DNA of 64,000 bases. Source: Nageia nagi (lineage: Eukaryota > Plantae > Pinophyta). This document shows, piece by piece, positions 54,031-64,000 of the stretch. Both the position numbers and the translations under genes were made by a program. Numbering within the stretch: the first letter of the stretch is position 1; every line of letters begins with the position of its first letter. The notes under the pieces are model-generated. The model ran no database searches. It was given only the letters and a program-made list of their open reading frames with translations, and was not told the DNA's origin. Location of the stretch: assembly GCA_050084985.1 (NCBI GenBank), contig JBITNC010000002.1, positions 4,402,001 through 4,466,000 of the forward strand, given 5' to 3'.

Positions 54031-55489
54031 CAATCAAAATTTATAAATTATTTTTCTATATTTGTGTTAATTATTATGTTTAGCTCTCTTTGAATTCATA
54101 TAGATGACCAATTCATTATCTATTTTATTGGAATCTAAAGTGTAATCTATATTATAAGGCATATTTGTTTCATCGATGATTTAAATCTCATAGAATATAT
54201 AACCAATAATAACCCTATTAAAGAACAATAACAAGACATAATTGTTATGCATGTCTCACATGCTCAAAATAACATCAATTAAATACTTATTGAACAAACA
54301 TCATGAAAAGAAGAAAGAATAAAATTAAGAATATGTTTGGTAATATATAAAATTATACAACCTATGGAATTTTTAAAGTAAATCATGTCATGTACCAACC
54401 CCCATCAATCTTGAAATCCTAAGATTATTTTTTGAACTTCTCAATAAATTTTGATATGATGTGCTTTTCTTTGATGAGAAAGAAAAATAGTTATTAAATT
54501 TATTAAATGGTTTTTATTTTGAATGTAATTAAAAAGTGTGATACACGGTAGATAGCTAGTTCAAATTGAAGATTTGAATATCCATGGTCTTCTAAGAGGA
54601 TGAGTATTATATTTTGCATTCATCTATGCTTTGATCTTCTCTTGAAATTGATGTTTTACCTACAAAAATAGAAAATAGTATTATTAGAAGAATTATTTTA
54701 ATATATTTAATTATTATAGAAAATAATAGAAAAAGAAAATAAAATAAAAATAAAATCATTATGTTGAATGCCTAAAGGCATCAACTGTACTATGGAATGA
54801 TTCACCATGGATTTCCATATCTTCACCCTACATAAACTATACTATGGTATAAGCCACCATGAATTCCCAAAGGATTTATGTTATGGGAAGGTGGTGTGTT
54901 TCAAAATAATGAGGCAACTCTTCTTCATGAAAGCTTGGCATTAAGGAGATCAAGATGCCTTTCCCAATGGAATCAATATGATTTATTTATATTAAGTATG
55001 GGAAGATTGGGTAGATGGAGGGAGGTTTTTGTAGTTAGATTGAATTGGTGTTAAATCCTTCAAATAATTCTATCTAGAGAAAGAGTCTTAGATCTACAAA
55101 GAGTAGACTAGGTCTTCTTATGCAAGTTTATTGCACATTGGTAAGTAGTTAACCCTACCTCTATGACTATCCTTTGAATGACATTAGGATTTATGTTTTT
55201 TTTGAAATGTATAAATATTTCTTAAATAAAATTAAGCATTTTGTAATTATTATTTTGTGTATTTCATTAGTTGTTTGTATTTCAATGAATTAGAGATGGA
55301 TTGTTGAAATTTGATGTTGGGTAAAGCTAGGGTTTGTTGTTTTTAGAAATTCTTTTTTATTTATTGCATATTCATGGAAATAATTTAAATTTTAAGTAGG
55401 AATTATGATTTAATGGAATAATTTTCTTATCAATAAGGTGAAAAATCTTAGAATATTGTTTGTGTTCTATACATATACATTAGTGAGAT

Positions 55490-56880
55490 GGTATATGAAC
55501 TATTTGATGAAATGTTTACAAACTTGTACAATGCAAACTATTTCCAGAATTGAATGTTGATGAGGAATTTTAGTAAACAATTTGTAGGTGCTTTCAATAT
55601 ATCCATTTTATGCATATCATATGATCATTGCAGTATATGAAACTGTATTTACATCATGCTATACATATCTTGCAATCATTGTAGTCCAAGAAACTATGTA
55701 TGCATTATGCATCTTGTTAAATAATTACCAATCCTTGTGTATTCTTCCATGTTTTGTATACATGTCTATAAAGGTGTTCACAACCATAACATTTGATGAA
55801 AAGCCATTTCCAACTACTCTTTGATGGATGTTCATACCTTCTTTGAGAGCTCCCATAGTGATACATAATGTAAGAATATTAGCAAAGGTTGTAGTGTTTG
55901 GCTTTACATCTGAAAATTGCATCTTCTTAAAATTATCTACTCTACATTTTTAGAAAACCCATTTTATGCATATCCTAGGATCATAAAATTCCTTGATATT
56001 GCATCTCGATGAGGCATTTTATCAAATATTTCATGGGCCCTTTCAATGTATCCATTTTGTACATATCTTGTGAGCATTTCAATCTATAAAATTGTGTTTA
56101 CATCATGCATCTTGTCAAATAATTTGCATGCCTTCCCTATGCTTCCATATTTTGCATACATATCTACCAGGGAACTCACAACCACAACATCTGACATAAA
56201 TCCACTTTTAAAGAGTCTTTGATGTATGAATGAATCTTGTTACAAATATCCTAGTTTGGTGCATGCTTTAAGGAATTTGGGAAAGATGAATTGATCTCTT
56301 TGTTACATTTGGTGAAAACGTTTTAAAATCTATCAAAGAAAGCCATATCTTTGGTAACTTGAAATTATCACATTACATGAGAAGACATCTCATTTAGTCA
56401 TACAATCTAAAACTTATCCAATTTTTCATAGATATCTTATTATTTGTGGGTGTGACATATCTCATACAAGAAAACCATGTACCCTTTTGTCGACTTCAAT
56501 CTAACTACATCCATGTGTCTTCTTGATTCCTCTATCTTTCATCAATGTCATTACTCTTTGAACATCATCCTAGTTTACTAGTTCAATATAAATATTTTAA
56601 AGAAGAATGTAAGATGAAGCATTTTTAGGCTCTAACAAAAAAAAAGAATTGTTACCACAAATTCCCCTATTCCTACATTCTTATATGATCTACAAGCACC
56701 AAGGAGACACATCTAATTTAGGTTTTATAGGTATATTAACAACGACTTTCAAAGCTTCCTCAAGAGTGCCTACACAACCAAGAAGGTCAACAATGAATAT
56801 ATAATTATTCATCCTAGTACTAATGAAATAAAAGTCAATCATGGTATTAAAGTATTTACAACCCTCATCTACTAGATTTG
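55490..56880 (-). pseudogene. PLS-class (E/E+) pentatricopeptide repeat pseudogene with permuted domain order
   Basis: 56880-56412 encodes VDEGCKYF...IVDLLG...LEPKNASSYILL*NIY...MKDRGIKKTHGCS*IEV...DMSHPQ. 56410-55490 encodes PLS repeats (DVFSCNVIISSY, SSLVDMYAKYGSIGKACKLFDKM, VKPNTTTFANIL). Confidence 0.85.
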
Positions 56881-58026
56881 AATGTGATACTTTCTATGTT
56901 GATCTTATTGTTTCCTAATGTATAATATAAAATGTTGTAGATATTATTTTAAAATTGTAATAAAATATTATATTATTATATTTGTATTTCTATTATAAAC
57001 ATTATATCATTATTATAATACATTGAGTAGGTTGTTGTAGAGATTAGGATTCCTGCTTGCTGAGATAAATATATATCATCTTTTTCTTATTGATGCTTTA
57101 GAGATAGGAAATAAATGATGATGAGGATTTAGTTGGTATTGATATTAGATAAGACTTACATAGTCAATATTCTTAGTCAATATTCTTTCTTGTAGTGTGT
57201 TGAATCATTTTCAATAACATACATATGTAGTCTTGCAATTTTTATCATAGTATAGAAAATATGTCATATGAAAATAATGTTGTTTCAAACTTATCATCAC
57301 TTATTGTAGGAAAGTAAAGGAAGGTAGGAGACTAAGTATGTAGGTGTTTATCTTTTGGTTGTTGCAAGTTTTGTTAAACTTCAATGTTAAGATATATTTA
57401 AAAAATAGAAACTAGTGTTGAATCAAATTTATAAAACAATTATTTATATTCTAAACATGAATGTTATATTCTTTAGTGAATATTTTTTATTTAAGAATCC
57501 TTATTTATCTTAATACTATGATGAGATAGTAAAGGAAAGTATAAGGATGAAAATAAAACTAAGGAATAAGAAAGTTAAGTTGGATTAAATCAATTGATAA
57601 CTTTAAAAAATTCAATCGATAACCTTATAATAAGATTGGATTGATCTCAAACTTAAAATTTAATCGATATCAAATTACTACAAAAAACATAGAGTTGTAT
57701 TGAAAAGAAAGTTATTGATTTGTTGATAAATTTTCATATTATAGTCAAAAATTTGTTAATCAAAGTAAAGAAAGTTAAAAGGAGTAAAATGACCCTTAGG
57801 GAGAAAGGTTTAATTTACTCAAAATACTAAATAGGAAAATGAAATGATTGGATCATTTGAAAGAAATGATGTGAAAAATATTTTGATCCTAAAAAATAGG
57901 GTAGTTCAAACTTTGTAGACTAGAAATAAATTAATAGGTTAAGAACAATAACAACCTATACTAGAATTGGGAGGAGCAATTGTGAGATCAAAATATTTAT
58001 AACATATTTATATAAATCTTGTTCGC

Positions 58027-58033
<7 letters not shown>

Positions 58034-58077
<44 letters not shown>

Positions 58078-58092
58078 TTGTGTGTGTGTGTG
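58034..58092. repeat. Compound (TA)n-(TG)n microsatellite
   Basis: Read directly; followed by TA-rich degenerate repeats to about 58320. Confidence 0.9.
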
Positions 58093-59424
58093 AAGATTAT
58101 ATGTATATACATAAAGCCTATACATATATAACTAAAATAAGTACATATACACATATATATGCATAGGCTTCAGATATATATGCATATGATTTACATATAT
58201 TTTTAATTTTTTGTAGTAAATAGTTTATTCCATAGAAAAAGCTTTTTATATGTGTATAGTCTTTATTTATATATGCATAAGCTTTACATATATACACAAA
58301 GATTTTACAAATAGATGCATAATCTTTAAACTAATTTGGATTGGTATTTAATCATAAATCTTATTCTTGTAGAATCTAAAGTAGTGCAAGGTTCATGGAA
58401 CCCATCATATGCTATTTTTCAAGTGCATGTAAGTCAAAGATTCACCAATTATTACAATGACTACTCAAGAGGATTTGCAATGATTTTTTTTTTTATAAAC
58501 ATTGAGATAATAACTATATTTCCATGCATTAATAAGATACCATATTATTCTCTCAATCCCCCTCACCTCTATTTTCCAACTATGTTTTGGTGATGTTGAA
58601 AAATAAAGGTCCTACACTACTTTAAATGGGAAAAGCATTTGTATTTAGAATCTACACATCCATACCTTTTCCAAAATCCTAAGAACATGTAAAATGGAGC
58701 TCTAAATCAAAAGTTATGGCTTCTATAAGTTACCTATTTTTATATGGATTATAGCTACATTTTTCAAGGGGGGACAATTGGACAAAATGTAATGGATGTT
58801 CATTATAATTGCCACTTGCCAATTTATCTTCCATTCCTATGGTTGAACTTTTTTTTTATGTTGACTCATCATTTGTTGACATCCATTTGGCATCATGGTC
58901 AAATCAAAATTGCCATTATTAGGGCAATTTTTAATTTTGAACGAGTTTTTGTCATAACTTCTTCTGCATACCTTCATTTGGTATGTCATTTATTCTATTG
59001 GCTTTTTCACTTCAAGAACTTCGTAATGAGTGATTACATGGCATAGTTTACCATTTTTTGCTTTATGTTACCACCATTCTTTATTATGGATCTTCTTTAT
59101 TAATTCTTTTCATTAATTAATGGAATTTTCATAAGATTGTATCTTTTTCATCTGAGCTTTGATTTCAAATCCATTTGAAGCATTAGTCTCCCACTTTTGA
59201 TCTCTTCCTTATGCCCTAATTCCATCATCAAAGCAAAGTTCATGCCCTGGATTTAGGTTGAGGGACTTTCCTTTTCGAGATACTTGGTCTTCACACTATT
59301 TTGATGCATCCATGCTTCAAAGATTTTTGCAATGTACTATTGGTTCTTCTAGGAATCCACTTAATTATTGGGATTCTTTTTTTGATTATCTTTATTATTC
59401 ATTAGATTTTGCATAACATATGCA

Positions 59425-59744
59425 TTGGATACTCCATCACTTGGAGTTATAGTTCCATTCTACCATGGCTCATCGTTCCTTGAACTTTTGTATGGTAACT
59501 CTTGAGGAGAAAAGAGTCATAGTCGATATGCCAATAATTATGTGATCATCATTTGGTTTTCCTACATTGCTTCATCTTTCAACTTTGGATACTCCATCAC
59601 TTGGAGTTGTAGTTCCATTCTACCATGGCTCATCATTCCTTAAACTTTTGTATGGTAACTCTTGAGGAGAAAAGAGTCATAGTCGATATGCCAACAATTA
59701 TGTGATCATCATTTGGTTTTCCTACATTGCTTCATCTTTCAACT
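59425..59744 (+). repeat. 160-bp tandem duplication with 4 mismatches
   Basis: Copies start TTGGATACTCCATCAC at 59425 and 59585. Confidence 0.95.
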
Positions 59745-59851
59745 TTGAATATTGCATTGATATCAATAACTTTGTATCTTGATCATTCGGGTTTTCTTCT
59801 CAACCCCTCCTCCTAAGCTTTGGGAAACAAAGCTCTTATTATTGGAAAGAA

Positions 59852-60140
59852 TGATAAGGAATAATAAATAATATTATTAATTAGTTATATATGATAAAAT
59901 AATATTGTATAAGCATTTAGTTAAGGTCATTTAATGTTTATAGTTATCTTGTAAAATTGTGTCCTCAATACCATGTTCTCAAACCATGGTATTTGTTAAG
60001 GTCATTTAATATTTACAGTTATCTTGTAATACCGTGTTCTCAATACTATGTGTACAATACCATGGTATTTCTTATAATCTTTCCTATTTATAGGTTTCTC
60101 TTTGTAATAAAATGTATTCTAGATTCATAATTCCATATCA
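59852..60140 (+). mobile_element. Short LTR-like sequence (TGATA...TATCA) with an internal ~75-bp tandem repeat
   Basis: Terminal inverted pentamers and a purine tract just upstream. GTTAAGGTCATTTAAT...CCATGGTATTT duplicated at 59921 and 59995. Confidence 0.4.
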
Positions 60141-60964
60141 TGTACTATGGATCATAGATATCTATTAAAACCTAAAAAAGAATTTTAATTTAATTAAAAT
60201 ATCCTTTTAGGTATTTGAAATAATTTAATTAAATAAATGCTCTTATCATCATGCACACTTATCTACCTTTATGTTCTATGATAAGAGGTCAGTACGGGGA
60301 TAATCCCAAGAAGGAGTCTTGGCTCATAAGCCAAGGAAGAGCCTTTGTGCTAGACCTACTATCTATAAAGGTGGAAGGATCATGCATGAGTAATTATGAT
60401 ATGATTTGGAATCCTTGATAGGTGGTAATATACTTCTATCATTATTGATCAGTGTTTCTCAATGCCACCTATCATATTTGGATTTTGTTATACACTGAGC
60501 TCTACATTCTTGCGATATTTTAAACCCATTTACATACGATATTTTGAGCATCGAAGGTATGACGATGACATCAAGCGAGAGGGAAAGGTGAAGTACTAAA
60601 ATAGTAGTTGGGTGACATTGCTAGGATCCTAACATTATCGTTGGGTTAAGGTCGGATTAGTGACTCCATCTTTTGAAGAAGCTCATCATTTGTCCCATCT
60701 CAATCAAATATCTCTTCTGTTAATCTAATTTGATAGGTTAAGTTTGATTAGGTTAAACGAATCATTATCATCACTTATGTTACCATTATTTCATGATTAA
60801 TTGGTTAAATTAAATATTATTAAATAATCCTAATAATTATTATTTCAATTATAACAATATCCATCACAATTATGCACTACAATTAGTATATTTCACAACC
60901 CTAATCACTATTTAGAAATTAAGGCAATAATATTTTAGTAAAGAAGATCAGAATTCATAAATTC

Positions 60965-61290
60965 AAACCCTAATTTCAAACCATAAACTCTTCTCTGGTT
61001 GGGTTTTTCAAGTATACGAAAATAGATTTTTCGATGGAAAGTTTATCTTTAAAATTATTACAAGGAATATTGTTGTGATGGATATGCAAAATGTGGAAGG
61101 ATACATAAGTCTTGTCAATTATTTAGATGGGTATGCAAAATGTGGAAGAATACACATGGTCATAGGATTTTTGCACAACTTACCTAAAGGATGTTAGTGA
61201 AAACATTATTCTACAATAATGGAAATGTTATTATGCAACAATGGTTGCAGGCTATTGGAGGAAATGTTGTTTTGCAACAATGGTTGAGAG
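60965..61290 (+). repeat. Second, inverted copy of the PPR-derived repeat
   Basis: Homologous to the minus strand of 52465-52580 and carries two GYAKCGRIH-like units (61081, 61130). Confidence 0.65.
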
Positions 61291-61369
61291 CTTTCTCTCT
61301 TTTCGGTGTAATGATTATGTTTGAGTTTAAGGTTCTCTCTTTTTAACTCTTACTTTGTAAGATACCCTA

Positions 61370-61495
61370 TGCATATATAACTAAATTTTGTGTGTATATA
61401 ATTAAATTATGTGAATATATAACTAAATTTTGTGCATATATAATTAAATTTTGTATGTATATAAGTAAATTTTGTGCATATATAACTAAATAATT
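61370..61495. repeat. 21-bp minisatellite x6 (TGCATATATAACTAAATTTTG)
   Basis: Read directly. Confidence 0.9.
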
Positions 61496-62507
61496 TGTGT
61501 ATAGTGTAAAGTGTTGTGCATATATCATAATAATTATTGAGGAATAATTCAATATTTTTCAGTTTGAATTATTTATTATATTGGTATATTATGTAAGTAT
61601 ATGGTATATATTGTGTGCATTTATTATGTAGTATTATGTGTATATGTTCTATTGTATACATATATAAACACCAAATATTATGTATCTTAAGGAATTTGAT
61701 TGTGAAAAATATATTTGATATACACATGTAATATATATGCACGAAATATCATTCTTGCTGAAAAATAAATTGTTGAAAATATATTTAATATACACACATA
61801 ATATATAATCATATATAAACATAAATAAATTATGTTGAAAAAAGATTCTACCAAAAACCAATCAATGAATGCATATAATATAATTGAACGAAATGAAAAG
61901 ATTAAACAATAAATAATAATAATTTTTTGATAAACACACAAAGTTTGTGATCGAATACGAACCTGCTATAACCTTTTTCCATATATATTTGCTCACTTAG
62001 AACTAAAATTCTTGAAAACCAACTTTTTAAATTATAACTCTTTTTAAGTGATCCTCAAAAAAGTTCTTCCACGTGAATGATGAAACTTGCCTCTGATCCT
62101 TGAGTCTTTCACATGTTCCATTAAATGTGGAAACCAAACCATAGATGATGTTTACGTTCCCCGTTCTTGGAGGCAAGGAAGTTGCCCGCATTAATGGTAT
62201 TGTGACCCAGCTTTCCAACGCTAGAACATGAAGGCATGCTTATAAATTCTGACAGCACTATTTGTTTCAACAAAAAAACAGTACCTTGTCCTTGTTCCAA
62301 CAAACTGTCACGTATTTCACATTGTAGATTAATTGTATCACGATGCTTCCCATCCCCGTGATCTTCAATTAATGAAGCCTGTATTGTACACTTTAATATC
62401 AATGTCCAAACTGACTCCAATTATAGAGGAGGACTTACACAACACTCATCCGAAGTTGATTTCCAACAACCACCAAGAAAGCTGTAATACCAACCTTTTT
62501 GTTGGAG

Positions 62508-62513
62508 TATAAG
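62508..62513 (+). promoter_or_regulatory. Candidate TATA box of the phytocyanin gene
   Basis: TATAAG about 83 bp upstream of ATG 62591, followed by a pyrimidine-rich initiator-like tract. Confidence 0.4.
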
Positions 62514-62590
62514 GACCTGTTCCATCATTTTCTACTTCCAGCTATTGGATTTTGTCGTTGAAAGCTGTATCTCAACTACTAGAGATAAGG

Positions 62591-63876
62591 ATGGCCGTTG
62601 GAAAAATCCCTGCCTTCATAGTACTAGTCTTCTGTGTTGTAACGGCCCACGTTAAAATGTCACTAGCAGTGGAATTTACTGTGGGAGACAAAGTTGGATG
62701 GATTGTTGGGCCTGTTAACTATACTTCATGGGCAAACTCCAAGCGGTTCCATGTAGGGGACTCCTTAGGTATTGTACTTTGAGATCATATTAGCTTTATA
62801 GGCTGTTTAGGCCAAAATGTTATTTAGGGCCCATTTGTACATTTCTTTCTATTGGAAAATATCTTCAAGGCTTGAGGATTTTGTTGTTAGGAGACTGTAT
62901 ATTTGGTTAGCTGTAATAACGTTGATAGGTGAAGAATCATAAAGAATCATACTTGTTTAATAATGTTGATAGGTGAAGAATCATGCTTTTGTTTGCATGT
63001 TAGAAAAGGGATTTCTATGGTCACAATTAGGTTCTTCCATTTTCTAGTTTCAACTGATTTATGGCACATGTGATTTAACTGGTTTAATGATTCACACACC
63101 CATTGGTTCTTCAGGTGCATATGCCTACTAATATCATAAATGTCCAAATGAAAAGAAATGTGTTAAGATAATATGTCTTCTCTTCATCTACATAATTTAT
63201 AGTAGATCAATTTGCATGTGGATTGCTATGAATTCTGAGTGGGTTGTTGTGAAGCTCTGTGAGTTGATTTGAATCAAGAAGTTTGTTGAGAATATTGAAT
63301 TTGGAATTGATTTATATATTGATTTGAATTGATTGGTAGTGGTGTTTTTATTGTTGTGTTGTTTGGCAATTTTTTTGGTAGAAATATGAAAAGCAATTAC
63401 ACAATGTATGAAAGTAACAAGGCCAATTATGATACTAGCAGGATATATCATAGCTTGAATTGATAGTGGTGGTGTTCTTTTGTTTGGCAGTTTTTTCATA
63501 TAACAAGCAACTCCATAATGTTGTTGAGGTGACAAAGACCAACTATGATACCTGCACATCCACAGCACCGTTGGCCTCTTATACCGATGGCAACACCACA
63601 GTGGTTCTAAAAAAGGCTGGCACCCATTACTACATCTGTGGCTTTCCTGGCCATTGTGTGGCAGGGCAGAAAGTAGAGGTCACAACTTTGCCAACTTCAA
63701 GGCTTTCGCCTTCTCCATCTACTGCACCAAAATTTCCCAAAACAGTAACTTCTAAGGGCCCATCACTTTCTCCTATCAAAGGATTTCAAGCCACCATCTC
63801 CTCATCTGTCATCCATCATGATGTTTCTACAGCAACAACTTTTTTGGCTGCAATCTTGTCACTTCTAGTATTTTGA
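62591..63876 (+). CDS. Phytocyanin blue copper protein, stellacyanin/mavicyanin type, 187 aa; exons 62591-62768 and 63491-63876
   Basis: Signal peptide, FTVGDKVGW, F.VGDSLVF split by a phase-1 GT-AG intron, and copper ligands in HNV and CGFPGHCVAGQK (axial Gln defines stellacyanins). Ser/Pro/Thr-rich linker and a hydrophobic GPI-like tail. Total 564 bp, in frame. Confidence 0.96.
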
Positions 63877-64000
63877 CATGGTTTATTTAAATGTACGAAA
63901 TGGTGGAGATTCAGTCCGAACCAATCTCAGCCATTCATGTATACGTCTTACTCTTTACCACATTGTTGTCTATCATATAAAGACACAAATAACTGTACAT

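Noticed and set aside
56883-57250. Solo LTR-like segment (also 60141-60533)
   Set aside because: TG...CA ends and weak PBS-like flanks only; no partner LTR or TSD to support a call.
61367-61552. ORF with IYAQNL repeats
   Set aside because: Artefact of the 21-bp minisatellite.
62027-62420. Minus-strand ORFs upstream of the phytocyanin gene
   Set aside because: Short, with TTG starts and no recognisable domain; likely promoter sequence.
62552-62590. Upstream TTG start for the phytocyanin
   Set aside because: ATG 62591 gives a normal signal peptide. The 63460 start is likewise intronic.

Overview
AT-rich plant nuclear DNA, most likely from a gymnosperm (inferred from the PIN, PPR and retroelement protein styles). 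Two intact genes flank about 55 kb of old, nested, deaminated transposon debris. The first gene is a canonical six-exon long PIN auxin efflux carrier (1727-5279, +, 687 aa); the second is a two-exon GPI-type stellacyanin-like phytocyanin (62591-63876, +, 187 aa). The spacer can be partly reconstructed. It holds a chromoviral 3' fragment, a CRM-like LTR split by an insertion, a tandem TRIM-like element with an AAAAC TSD, an Athila-like Ty3/Gypsy, a pol-less Copia and a Tat/Athila-like 3' fragment. It also holds an L1 LINE interrupted by two LTR elements, PPR-derived repeats and a permuted PPR pseudogene. The most notable signal is a recurring architecture: a retroelement accessory ORF preceded by an element-specific array of short motifs, the clearest being about 50 units of exact 20-bp period with a TTATGCG core. 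In addition, the accessory ORF of the Athila-like element aligns without gaps to an extra ORF lying just downstream of the LINE. All alignments were done by eye, and boundaries of degenerate elements are approximate.
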